This document shows positions 27,437 to 37,663 of a stretch of 64,000 nt of DNA, piece by piece (the stretch's first letter is position 1; each line of letters starts with the position of its first letter). Source of the stretch: a virus; IMG/VR virus record IMGVR_UViG_3300009788_000087; one strand, written 5' to 3'. The notes below the pieces were generated by a model. That model did not search any database. It had not been told where the DNA came from and was given only the letters and a program-made list of their open reading frames with translations. Made by a program: the position numbers and the translations under genes.

Positions 27437-28276
27437 TTAGCCGGCAGCTAAATCTTTGAACGCGTCATCAATGGATTGCCCACCTTCGACTGGCTTCTCA
27501 GCCGTGTTCGCTTTATACTCAGTACCGCTGTCTTCTACCTTCACATCAGTACCACCGCCACTGATGAAGTCCATGAAGATCTTGTTGACTTCTTCAGTCG
27601 AAACTTCCGGATACACCTCTGACATGTTTGGTACTTTGGCGATCAGTTCTTCTACTTCCTTCTTGCTCTTGGCGAGCTTAGATGGACGCATTTTATTTTC
27701 AACGACCGTGACAGGGAAAGTCTTGGTATTACCCTTCTTGTCTTCGTTCATCGCCTTCTTGAAATCGACAGTAAGATCAAAAGCACTATCGACGTCAGTA
27801 AGAACATCGGTACCTTCCTTCTTTGCGATCTCATTCATCTCTTCATTGAGACACATGTTCAACAGGCGCTCATAGATGGTCTTGCCAAACGCATAGAACT
27901 TAGGCGTCGGGTTATCGTCTTCCCTATCGATCATCGGAATATACCAACGCTCCCTGACCTGAATCTTCTTGAAGAGCTCGAAGTCTGCCTTACGAACTTC
28001 CTCTGGTTTATCGGCTCCCGACTCATCATTCCAGCTACGAAGCTTATCTGCTAGATTGCAGACTGCACATTCATTGCCAAAGTTGTGCTTCGGGCAGAGA
28101 AGGGACCTGACTGCTCCTAGTTCGTAGTGAAATCCAAGCTCAAGGATTGGCTCATCTCCGTGTGGGTAGGGAAGACAACGGATAACATGCTTATCCTTTG
28201 GTTTCCACATGTCGCGACGCTTCTGTGTCTTATTGGCTAGGCCTGCAAGTCGGTCGCGAATCTGCTTTAAATTCAT
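27437..28276 (-). CDS. single-stranded DNA-binding protein, T4 gp32-like
   Basis: WKP...IRCLP, H...CP...C.VC zinc site, acidic C-terminal tail ending F.DL. Confidence 0.85.
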   Translation of the reverse strand: MNLKQIRDRLAGLANKTQKRRDMWKPKDKHVIRCLPYPHGDEPILELGFHYELGAVRSLLCPKHNFGNECAVCNLADKLRSWNDESGADKPEEVRKADFELFKKIQVRERWYIPMIDREDDNPTPKFYAFGKTIYERLLNMCLNEEMNEIAKKEGTDVLTDVDSAFDLTVDFKKAMNEDKKGNTKTFPVTVVENKMRPSKLAKSKKEVEELIAKVPNMSEVYPEVSTEEVNKIFMDFISGGGTDVKVEDSGTEYKANTAEKPVEGGQSIDDAFKDLAAG

Positions 28277-28366
28277 ACTGTAATACTCCCTTTATTAGTG
28301 ATAGTGGTTAATCCACACCTCACCAATAAATAGGCTCCACGGCGGCACTAGACCAATCAATCGTCT

Positions 28367-28885
28367 TTATCTGTTAGTCTTTTTGTGGTGTAGTCTGTCT
28401 ATACAGGTCCATAGAAATGGGTGTGATTCGGACGTCATGTCGTTCCCTGTATAGTACTTCTCGAAACCTATTGCCCAGTACTCTGCAACATCGCTTTTGA
28501 TGCGTGCGTGTACCATAGATCCTGAGAGCATGACCCACTCTCCCACGAGTAGAGGGTCTCCCGAAAACCAGTCGGTTTCCTCATCCACGTGGTGTCCAAC
28601 CTCATGTATAAAAATCTGATCCAGTCGGTCACAATATTCTTTGTTGCAACCTACTCGGATCTTGCCATCACAATAGTCACCTTCAAGTTTTGACTTTAGG
28701 TATGTGAAGTAAATCTCTTTTAGGCCTGAGGTGTGTGAGAGCGGAAATTGAATCTCCTCCATCTTCGACATTAATACTGTCAGCAGGCCTTTAGGCACTT
28801 GTTTGTGGAACTTTATCAGCGTGTCCGACTTGTTTAAGAGAGTGAACGTCCCGTTCTTGTTCTCCACTGCGTTCCACGATTCCAT
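28367..28885 (-). CDS. HExxH metallopeptidase-like protein
   Basis: IFIHEVGHHVD and downstream AEYWA..FE. Confidence 0.6.
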   Translation of the reverse strand: MESWNAVENKNGTFTLLNKSDTLIKFHKQVPKGLLTVLMSKMEEIQFPLSHTSGLKEIYFTYLKSKLEGDYCDGKIRVGCNKEYCDRLDQIFIHEVGHHVDEETDWFSGDPLLVGEWVMLSGSMVHARIKSDVAEYWAIGFEKYYTGNDMTSESHPFLWTCIDRLHHKKTNR

Positions 28886-29714
28886 TAGATCCCTTTTTTA
28901 GAATAGGATCGACCCTAAACTGTACATCTCCTTTGAATGTTCCAATGAATTTAACGAGTCTATCGATGACCTCACGATCCATGACATAATATCCAAGCTC
29001 TTCATGCACGAATATGACAGAATCTGCCTTCTCAAATAAAATCTCTGATGGTTTGATTGAGTTCCATAGATTATCAAAAATGTCTGAATCGATGAATTCG
29101 TCATCAATCCTAGATAGAATATCATCAACAGAAGAGAACTTGATCCCTGGATCAATTCCCGCGACACGTGCAATCTTAATGAATTTCCTCAGCGGAAGTG
29201 CTACAACTTCGTTGCCAATCAACGCATCAATATTTGTCTCCCGGTCTGCCTTATTACGAAGCTCACTAAGGATTTGTTTCAATCCAAGGATTGGATCTCG
29301 CTTCTTCTTAAAAGTGCGCCCCAAGACAGAACCACGACCAATACCTTTCTCAGTCGCTTCAGCAATATCATTGACTCTATGACAAAGTTCCCAAATACCC
29401 TGCTCTTTAAGGTCCGAGATTAATTCAGAATTAAATGCATCTCTCAATTGTTGAGACACACGACAGATTTTTTCACGGAAGTTCGAAGAAAAAGTCCAAG
29501 GCTCAATGGTTGACCTGAATGCTCCAAGCTGCTTGACCTCAATCTTCTCGCCATCTGGACCGAGCACGTCGAAATCTTGTTTTTCAGCTACAGTTCCACC
29601 AATCTGATGTGCAAGCTTATGCTCACCATTACCTGTTTGTTTGCAGCTCACACCCATCGCAGCGGATGCATCGAACGGTATATCGTTAAGTTTATTCCAC
29701 TTGTGCCAATTCAT
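28791..29714 (-). CDS. putative PD-(D/E)xK endonuclease
   Basis: GE..LA..GG....QDFDV......IEVK. Confidence 0.5.
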   Translation of the reverse strand: MNWHKWNKLNDIPFDASAAMGVSCKQTGNGEHKLAHQIGGTVAEKQDFDVLGPDGEKIEVKQLGAFRSTIEPWTFSSNFREKICRVSQQLRDAFNSELISDLKEQGIWELCHRVNDIAEATEKGIGRGSVLGRTFKKKRDPILGLKQILSELRNKADRETNIDALIGNEVVALPLRKFIKIARVAGIDPGIKFSSVDDILSRIDDEFIDSDIFDNLWNSIKPSEILFEKADSVIFVHEELGYYVMDREVIDRLVKFIGTFKGDVQFRVDPILKKGSNGIVERSGEQERDVHSLKQVGHADKVPQTSA

Positions 29715-29764
29715 GCATATAAATATTTTCTCTCATACACACGATTGTAAGTAAAAAGAAAAGC

Positions 29765-32700
29765 TTATTTCTCTTCCTCATCCTCTGGCGGAATCTCTTT
29801 ATTATTGACACGATTAAACTGAGCAGTCGACCAAGGAGAAGACTGCGCGCCGCGGCCAGCAGCATAGTGACCCATGCCCGACATCGACATGCTAGTGCCT
29901 GGAGGGGCGCCAAGCTCAGCAATGAATCGTTCAGCGAGCTTTCTTGATGCATGCTCCAACACATCGGGCTCTGCACCAGGTGAATTAGATTTACCTAGAT
30001 CATTGATTATATAATGAGAACCCCGCTTCATCACATTACCACTGTGATAATCAGCGAATTCGATATTGTGTTGTCTCAATTCAGCATGCATTTCAGGAAT
30101 GTTGTATTTCTTTAAGAGATTTATATTGAACCCATACTGTCTCGTTGTAGCCTTTCTAATCTTATTTGCACCCTTGGGATCATTTGGATCTACACCAAGT
30201 TCTTTTGCAGCTTCCTCTTTATATTTTTCATAGAGAGCATTTTCAAACTCTTCCCATGATTTTGTTGCAACAATCTCGATAAGATCATCATGCTCTCCCA
30301 TAAAATCAGTTGCTCTATCAACATCACGTTTTTCAGTAGCGCTAAGTTCTGTCAACTTCTCTGTTACAATACCGTAGATTAATGGCTCCTCTCCAGGAAA
30401 TCTGAATACATCAAAGATCTTTACGACGTGTTGTAAAGCTGTTTTTCCTTTGAGCGAATTGCTGGTCACTGCTTCTCGTGCATCTGTCGTGACTTTAAGA
30501 ACTTTTCCTCCGCCTGCATCAAATGCAATACCCATCGCTCCATGACCAAGATATCCGAGTGATGACGCATTAATACCAGTTCTCTCTTTTAGTTTATCAG
30601 CGTTCACTATCACGATCTTTTCAAGATTATCAATGCCCACTGACTCTAGATCTGGGGATTTTTCTACTTCTGCTTCAGTGATTGCTTCCTGGATAGAGAT
30701 AACATCTTTCATCTCTTCACGCATGTCATCATAGATGTTATCAAACCCCTGTGGATCTGAGATAACGTGTGCGTCGAGCATCTTCTCAACGGTGTTCCTG
30801 TCATTCTTGGCAAGTGCGTCGCGAATTGCAGTGGATGATATTCTTTCCATGTCATCCATGTCATTCTTCACACCAGGAAGTTTCGTGACATTAACGAGTG
30901 CTGGATCGAAGTTGGGTAGATTCTCCCTGTTTGCAGCTGCATGCTGCATCTGTTTCTTCATGCTCTCGAATCTATCGGGACCGACAAGCACGTTGATAGC
31001 AATTTCGGGTTCAATGGATGAATTGTGATCGTTGATAATGTCAGACAACACGCCTGGAATGTAGCCGCTGGCTTTACCTTCCCACTCAGCCACATACACT
31101 TCAACCTTCGGCATGACATCAGGTAGAGATCTTTGCATCATCTCTACTCTTGTCTCGTATGACCACGGATTCTTCTTGTCTCTCTTGTTTCCTGCTACAA
31201 TGACCACGACCTTTGTGAACTTTGATGCTAGGTCACGGATGATCGCTGCATGTCCTTTATGGAAAGGCTGGAAGCGACCGATAGTCACGCCGATAGTGTC
31301 TGCTGGGTTGTAGTTTGGTTCTTCAAACATGCTCTTCACAACTTCAGACACTATGTTATCAACGGTATTCATTGATTCTGAAACTTGAACGCCTGGAACA
31401 TATTCCTTTACCCAATTCGCTGCCCCACGTGAACCGAAATCGTCGTTATCAGCATCCCAATCTTCGAAGTCATGAGAAAGAATCTTCGCATTCGGGGCAG
31501 CTTTCCTAAAGAAATCGACGAGCGCATTCCAATGTATATGAGACAAACCACCACTTTCCAGATCAGAAATATTATGCACTTCTTTCATGTCAGGTGTAAT
31601 TGTTACCATCGCTCCACGATTTTTTAAAACTGGATTATCTCCCTTGTGTAAGACCCATAAGTCTGCACGTTTTGCCAGCATGTCGGGATCATGACCCGTA
31701 TTGCGCCACTCATATCCACCATCTATTTTTACAGCGCTTCTTGAATCACCTCCAGTGATGAATCCAACAAATTTTTCATTTTCCTTAGAACGAAGAAGTT
31801 CCTCATCATTAAGTTCTGATTTTGTTTTGTTGAAGAACTCTTTCACATACTTCCAATATTTTTGATCAGGAGCTCTATTCTCTTTTCCTTTTATCTGAAG
31901 AACTGTTTTATTTGCTTCATTCCACGTCATCGTCACGTGTGGTTTATTGCTTGGATCACGAAGCGAAATTAAATTGCCACGTTCATCTTCACCACAGTGT
32001 CCCATTTTTTCAGCTTCATGAGGGCATGACGATTTCTTAAGATCAGTCCAATAAAAACCATCAGGAAATTCAATGATAGCATTGCTTTTATCTCGCTCTG
32101 CCGAAGCATCATCTGCAATCGTTTCAATTGTATTAAAGTCTTTTGCTGCCTGTATTTTCTTGGCTAGATGTGGTTTTTTCTTCAAAGTAGAAAGAAGATT
32201 TGAACCAAAATCCTCCATAAATTCATCGACTCTATCTTTTCTTTTTCCCAACTTAAAGCGCTGAATATTAGGTGGAAGCTGATCGTCGATGGTGAGAGAT
32301 TCGACAAAGTCGTCATCCCATTTTTCACCATAAAGTTTAAACGCTGTAGCAAGTGCAAAAGTATGTTTTTTATCTATCTCATAGAAATGATCAGCTGCCC
32401 ATTTTGGAAACTTAAGAAGCCTCGTAATATTTCCACGTGAGTCTTCATCGATCATGCCGACAGTGTCCGCCTCATTGGCGGTCTGATCACTACCGGCTTC
32501 TAGAAAAATAGAATAAACCTGTTCTCGAATGATTGACTCAAGCACATCGGGTTCTTCTCCACCTTGGACATCTGAAAGACCAATGTCAATCAAGACATAT
32601 TCGCCTCCCCTCTTCATGAGGTTTTCACCTCGATAATCAGAGAATGAAATGCCTTTTCCTTTCAATTCCTCCCATGAAGACTTTACTTTGTATTCATTTT

Positions 32701-35700
32701 CAAGCTTGTCAAGGATTTCAGTCGCCCAGTTTTTTGCAATCCTACCCTCTTTAGATGCAGGATCACCACCACCCTTCTTCTTTACAGCATGTCGTATTGA
32801 TTCCTTAACAGCTTCTTCCCATGTCTTAGCTCTTTTAAGCCAGATAGGAAGACCAGTAAAGACCAGCATGTTGTCAAATTTATCTGATTCTTCTTTTGAT
32901 AGTGGTTCAAGTTTTTCCTGTATGATCCCGTATGCTTGAAGATCTTTAAACCTGAAGACGTCGATTATTGCAGCGACATGTTTCATGGTCATGCCTTTGA
33001 TCTTGTTGGACGCTATAGCTTCTTTTGAGTCCTTCGTGACCTTAAGAACCTTGCGGCCACCAACATCAAAAGCAGTACCCTGTGTTCCTTTACCTAGTTC
33101 TTTTGCAGTGGAAACATCAATGAGCTTCTTTGTCTTGAGTAGATCAGCATTCCTCTCGAGGATCTTCTTTGCATCTGCTGGATTGGAAGGATCTAGTCCC
33201 ACAAGTCCAGTCTCTGGATCGTCCAATGGTTTTGAACCAGGTTCATCATCAGCTTTCGCACCTAGTTTATCTCCTTTGCGGCGACCGACGGCACTTGGTT
33301 CATCAGGAGGACCAAACAACTCATCACCCAAAGCTTCAGTTAATTTCTCTACTAAAGAATTGATACTATCTTTTTTCATCTCACCAAATGCCTCACAAAG
33401 CTTGAACCATCTCACCCTTCCAAGTGCAGTTCTAATCATGTTGAGAGGAGAGAAATCCTCAGTCATAACTTCTTCGCGGATCCATGTATCCACTGAGAAG
33501 AACTCATTATCTGTCCTCTCCACGATTATCGGATGCATTGCGATCTTGTAGATGTGGCTCTCAAATACCGGTAGAGGCTGCGTCTTCCACGCCTCAGCAA
33601 GCTTAGAAAACCTGTAGATTGTAGCATTTGCAGTCTCAAGATACCTCTCTTTGTATCCCTCACTGAAAAGCTTGTTGTCATTGCAGAACTTGCTGAGTGC
33701 CTCGCCGAGTGATAGATTTCCGTAGTGCCTCTTCATGTATCCCACAATTGCTGGAATCTTGAGAGTCTTGGATCCAATGACATGCTCCGCAACTTTGTTT
33801 CTAAACTCTTTGGTCAGACCTGGAGTCCAGACGCCATCTTCTTTCAATCCCTTACCGAGTTGCTCGCGGTGGCGCCACATGGTTTTGTTAAGTTCAGTGA
33901 AGAGATGGCGGTTGACAACTTTGACCATCTCATTTGTCAGCGTGTTTCGAATGACAATGCCCTCGACAATCTTCCCGCCAAAGTGTGGAAAGATCATGGC
34001 AACGTGTGTCATGAGATGTTCTTCAATTACATGTCGTTCTTTCACCACAGGAAGCATGAATTTTCCAACTGGAACACACTCAAACATCCAACCGTCAAGC
34101 TTGACAGCTTCCGTGAGACGCTTGAATTCCTCAGACGTGTTGTGCAACACGATGGCATTTGGCCCATACTCCAACACATTGGGTACAGGACCGTCTAGAA
34201 TCTCACAGGTGACGCTCAGTGCTCCTGCAGGCCAGTTTGATATGATGGCCTCAGCCTGAGATTCAAGAGCCTCATGCGCCCTCTGGAGAGACGAGATGGC
34301 ACGGCTATTTGGCCAGTCTCTCGAGTCCATGACGGGCCCATAGTTCTTTGACTTGGTCCACAGGGTTCCTTCCTTGACACCGAACTCCATGAAGGCTGAA
34401 CCGTCAAGCTTCTCGGTAATTTCAGCATTTCCTGCACGCCAGGCCTCGATGAACTCCCAGAATTTCTCTTCCTTTAGATTACCGATGTGCGGAATGCCTT
34501 TTCCCATAGTGCTAATTGTATAACACTCAGGACGCAAAGTATCTGCTTTTTTGCTTTCTGTAAATTCTTTTGGAAGAGTACCACGATCATTCCTCTTATC
34601 ATACCAATCTCCTTTATTGTTACCAGAACGATGAAGTTTTTCCATGTCCTCTTCTACTATAATTTTAACATTATTTGAACCATGGTTTATTACAATGTAT
34701 TCTTGCTCTTCGTCTCTATAGTCTGTAGATAATCTTCTCGTATAATAGTTTATCAAGTTATCAAACCATGAAACAGTATGTTTTGGACCAGATATTAATA
34801 TATCAGGTTTGTCTTTCAGTTCTAATATGTATCCAATACCTTCTTCGTTTCTATCAACACCGTATGCATTTGCTATATTTGCAAACCTGAGAGCCGCGTG
34901 TGGTTGTGTTGTCCAGCTACTAAATGCTCCAACTGTTGGTAATGCCAGCACAGAACCTTCACCATTTCCGATTCTTTTCTTTAACACTAATCCACGATAT
35001 AGTGGTGGTAGACTTGTGGTAGTAAAAATTTCTTTGCGCGCTTGTGGATTTTGATATAGGAATTTAACATTTTCGACTGTCGTTTTTTTACCTGCTTCTT
35101 TGATTGCCTCCTTGCCCCATACCCACATAACGACTTCATTTAACATACCAATAAGCGTCTTTTGCCCGTAGCGTGACATAAATGATTTAGCTTCTTTTAT
35201 CTCACTGTCATTTAATTTAGAAAACGCTTTTCCAAGCTGTTGTTTGCCAACGACGGCAGCGGCCTCATTGGTAATCTTTCCGCCTGGCTCCGCAAGTTTC
35301 TGCTTGAACTGGTCCACTGGCATCTGAGACATGCCGCCAAAGAAACCCTCATCATCATAGTGCTTGAGGTAGGCAGCTTTCGCTTCATCAGCACATCCAA
35401 AACCGAGCATGCACTTGTCTTCATCGTGTTCAATGAAGTCAGGCTTCGTCATCTGGTGCACGACATAGACCCACTCAGCATCCTCGTCATCACCGATATA
35501 GACATCTACTGGATCGTCATCGGTGCCCTCAGTTTCCTCGACATAGCCGTAGTCATGCTGCATCTTGGTCTTGCCAGTCTTGCCGTCACTGTCAGTCCAC
35601 TCACGTGAAGAACCCTTTGACTGCTCTATAGAGATTGGGATATCCTGAAATGTATACCTGTCATCGAGCTTGAAACCTTCTTCGTTGTAACCTAGATCTT

Positions 35701-37288
35701 CTACGCCACAACCCATCTGTTCTGCATAGCCATCGAGCTTCTCTACTTCAACGTCAGGTTCTGCGTGTTCTTTGAGAAAATCAAGGACATCAGGATCTGG
35801 ATCTGACATAAAGATCTTTTCAATGTAATTCATCGCGAGCTTGTCGTTCTTCTTTAATTTTTCGATGAATGACTTTGTCTTTTTGTAATCGAACCACTCT
35901 TCTCCACTGGGTTTTTCAAGACTCGACTTGTCAATTGAATCAATACGTTTTATACTAACGGCGGCATATGGGTTTGCAGAAACTTTCTTCAGTAGTTCTA
36001 TCGTTGCGCGTTCGATACCAAATGGATCATCTTCATTGTCGTCAAATTTCTTTCTAACCTTATCGACTTCAAACTGTATGGCACTCATGTCGATCTCATA
36101 ATTTGCATCATCTGTTACGACGATGTTAACCACGTGACCTGGTATACGCTTTACGTATGCTTCGAAACCGGACTCATTAGCTGCTTTTGCAAACGCTGGT
36201 GATATACCTGAACATACTTTAACGGCACGTGAACATACCATTAATTGAAAGACGACAACAGGGATTGCTTCCTTTAGCCACGATTTTAAATCAGATGTAC
36301 TCTTTCCTTCCTTGAGCCTAGGATTCTTTGCGATTTTTATACGTGGATCAATCTCACCAGTCCGTGTCATGAGCAACGGATCTTCAGGGTCTGCATCGTG
36401 GATAGGTTCTGTGAGTTGTGGGCCTATCGATACTTCATTGGTAGAATTTTCGATTGAAGATTGAGTCTTTTTAAGAAAAGCATTTATATATTTCCAGTAT
36501 TTTTTATCTGGATCTTTACTTTGCTTTCCTGCAATTTCTGTAACGAGTTTTGTTTTTTCATCCCATGTCATTGTAACATGTGGACTATCATTTTGATCGC
36601 GGAGTGAAAACATTTCACCCTTAGATTGAACCTGACCACAATGCTGCATGAGCCCGCCTTCTAATGAACATGCATCAAATCCACTCACGCTAGAAAGGTT
36701 TGACCAATAAAACCCATCTGGAAACTGCATAAAAATTTCATCTCTTATTGCTTTACTTCTTTTCTTGTCAAGAGATATATTGGTAAAAATCTGGTCTATT
36801 GTTTTTTCATCATTAGCGTTGTTTATTTTTTTTGCCACAGATGGATTCAATTCAAGCATCTCTATATATCTCTTTCCACCCTCATCGCCGTCGTCGTCAC
36901 TCCAATGTTCATATACTATTTCAATATCTTCTTCACTCATGTTATTACTAACATGTTTTATTTTAAAAATCTTTGCTAATGCAAAAGCTATCTTTGGATT
37001 AATCTCATTAAGATCATCAGCAATACTTCTTGGAAGCTTTAATAGCTTAACGATAGAACCACGAGAATCTTCTCTTAATTTATCAGAGAATGCCTCATCT
37101 TGCAACTCGGGTCTCTCATCGGGATCCTTAATCATACCTCCAAGTGGATATGACTTTGCAAACATACCCCTAGAACGCCCGCCGCCAGGACCTGATTTGT
37201 TTACAGTCTGTGTGGTAGCAGCATTTTTATGTCCAGTGAGCTCTAAGAGTTGCTCACGGATGATCTTGTCGAGATAACTGAGAGACAT
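29765..37288 (-). CDS. 2507-aa polyvalent multi-enzyme protein (2x PcfJ-like, transglutaminase-like, pyrophosphatase-like, ART, ligase-like, 2x kinase-like, HIGH nucleotidyltransferase)
   Basis: MQHCG/SLRD..PH (x2), VCSG..GHVV..IDMS, DYGYV..TEGTDDDPVDV, LYRG..SSWT..EQEY, EKLDGS..EGIV, G.G..G/LKVT/D.xxxN/D.G (x2), GRFQPFHKGH..SSTAIR. Confidence 0.85.
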   Translation of the reverse strand: MSLSYLDKIIREQLLELTGHKNAATTQTVNKSGPGGGRSRGMFAKSYPLGGMIKDPDERPELQDEAFSDKLREDSRGSIVKLLKLPRSIADDLNEINPKIAFALAKIFKIKHVSNNMSEEDIEIVYEHWSDDDGDEGGKRYIEMLELNPSVAKKINNANDEKTIDQIFTNISLDKKRSKAIRDEIFMQFPDGFYWSNLSSVSGFDACSLEGGLMQHCGQVQSKGEMFSLRDQNDSPHVTMTWDEKTKLVTEIAGKQSKDPDKKYWKYINAFLKKTQSSIENSTNEVSIGPQLTEPIHDADPEDPLLMTRTGEIDPRIKIAKNPRLKEGKSTSDLKSWLKEAIPVVVFQLMVCSRAVKVCSGISPAFAKAANESGFEAYVKRIPGHVVNIVVTDDANYEIDMSAIQFEVDKVRKKFDDNEDDPFGIERATIELLKKVSANPYAAVSIKRIDSIDKSSLEKPSGEEWFDYKKTKSFIEKLKKNDKLAMNYIEKIFMSDPDPDVLDFLKEHAEPDVEVEKLDGYAEQMGCGVEDLGYNEEGFKLDDRYTFQDIPISIEQSKGSSREWTDSDGKTGKTKMQHDYGYVEETEGTDDDPVDVYIGDDEDAEWVYVVHQMTKPDFIEHDEDKCMLGFGCADEAKAAYLKHYDDEGFFGGMSQMPVDQFKQKLAEPGGKITNEAAAVVGKQQLGKAFSKLNDSEIKEAKSFMSRYGQKTLIGMLNEVVMWVWGKEAIKEAGKKTTVENVKFLYQNPQARKEIFTTTSLPPLYRGLVLKKRIGNGEGSVLALPTVGAFSSWTTQPHAALRFANIANAYGVDRNEEGIGYILELKDKPDILISGPKHTVSWFDNLINYYTRRLSTDYRDEEQEYIVINHGSNNVKIIVEEDMEKLHRSGNNKGDWYDKRNDRGTLPKEFTESKKADTLRPECYTISTMGKGIPHIGNLKEEKFWEFIEAWRAGNAEITEKLDGSAFMEFGVKEGTLWTKSKNYGPVMDSRDWPNSRAISSLQRAHEALESQAEAIISNWPAGALSVTCEILDGPVPNVLEYGPNAIVLHNTSEEFKRLTEAVKLDGWMFECVPVGKFMLPVVKERHVIEEHLMTHVAMIFPHFGGKIVEGIVIRNTLTNEMVKVVNRHLFTELNKTMWRHREQLGKGLKEDGVWTPGLTKEFRNKVAEHVIGSKTLKIPAIVGYMKRHYGNLSLGEALSKFCNDNKLFSEGYKERYLETANATIYRFSKLAEAWKTQPLPVFESHIYKIAMHPIIVERTDNEFFSVDTWIREEVMTEDFSPLNMIRTALGRVRWFKLCEAFGEMKKDSINSLVEKLTEALGDELFGPPDEPSAVGRRKGDKLGAKADDEPGSKPLDDPETGLVGLDPSNPADAKKILERNADLLKTKKLIDVSTAKELGKGTQGTAFDVGGRKVLKVTKDSKEAIASNKIKGMTMKHVAAIIDVFRFKDLQAYGIIQEKLEPLSKEESDKFDNMLVFTGLPIWLKRAKTWEEAVKESIRHAVKKKGGGDPASKEGRIAKNWATEILDKLENEYKVKSSWEELKGKGISFSDYRGENLMKRGGEYVLIDIGLSDVQGGEEPDVLESIIREQVYSIFLEAGSDQTANEADTVGMIDEDSRGNITRLLKFPKWAADHFYEIDKKHTFALATAFKLYGEKWDDDFVESLTIDDQLPPNIQRFKLGKRKDRVDEFMEDFGSNLLSTLKKKPHLAKKIQAAKDFNTIETIADDASAERDKSNAIIEFPDGFYWTDLKKSSCPHEAEKMGHCGEDERGNLISLRDPSNKPHVTMTWNEANKTVLQIKGKENRAPDQKYWKYVKEFFNKTKSELNDEELLRSKENEKFVGFITGGDSRSAVKIDGGYEWRNTGHDPDMLAKRADLWVLHKGDNPVLKNRGAMVTITPDMKEVHNISDLESGGLSHIHWNALVDFFRKAAPNAKILSHDFEDWDADNDDFGSRGAANWVKEYVPGVQVSESMNTVDNIVSEVVKSMFEEPNYNPADTIGVTIGRFQPFHKGHAAIIRDLASKFTKVVVIVAGNKRDKKNPWSYETRVEMMQRSLPDVMPKVEVYVAEWEGKASGYIPGVLSDIINDHNSSIEPEIAINVLVGPDRFESMKKQMQHAAANRENLPNFDPALVNVTKLPGVKNDMDDMERISSTAIRDALAKNDRNTVEKMLDAHVISDPQGFDNIYDDMREEMKDVISIQEAITEAEVEKSPDLESVGIDNLEKIVIVNADKLKERTGINASSLGYLGHGAMGIAFDAGGGKVLKVTTDAREAVTSNSLKGKTALQHVVKIFDVFRFPGEEPLIYGIVTEKLTELSATEKRDVDRATDFMGEHDDLIEIVATKSWEEFENALYEKYKEEAAKELGVDPNDPKGANKIRKATTRQYGFNINLLKKYNIPEMHAELRQHNIEFADYHSGNVMKRGSHYIINDLGKSNSPGAEPDVLEHASRKLAERFIAELGAPPGTSMSMSGMGHYAAGRGAQSSPWSTAQFNRVNNKEIPPEDEEEK

Positions 37289-37291
37289 CTA

Positions 37292-37663
37292 TCACTCCAC
37301 TAGAGTCGGCACTCGGCGGCGAACTTCGTCTTCGATGTCTTGTCGACGATCGACTTTCTCAATGATTTCAAGAGTCTTTTCCTGTGTCTCAACAACTCGG
37401 TCAAGGTGTTTGGCTACACTTGCTAGGTGCTCAGCCATTTTCTCTTGGTGGTTTTTCATGTCACTAATATCCCTCTCAATCATGATATTGTTTGTATGAA
37501 CCTTTTCATAGGTTTCTCTAATCTGTCTTGAAACTTCAGGATGCAAGTGTATCGGCGACTTTCCGTTTTTCTTCGTATCCCATCTCTTAATAAAGAAATC
37601 GATTACTTTCGATAAAGCAATGATTACGGTAACGAGAGCAGCGACTGTTCCTGGGGAATCCAT
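37292..37663 (-). CDS. N-terminally anchored membrane protein with coiled coil (holin-like, uncertain)
   Basis: One TM helix then basic patch and long heptad-rich helix. Confidence 0.55.
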   Translation of the reverse strand: MDSPGTVAALVTVIIALSKVIDFFIKRWDTKKNGKSPIHLHPEVSRQIRETYEKVHTNNIMIERDISDMKNHQEKMAEHLASVAKHLDRVVETQEKTLEIIEKVDRRQDIEDEVRRRVPTLVE

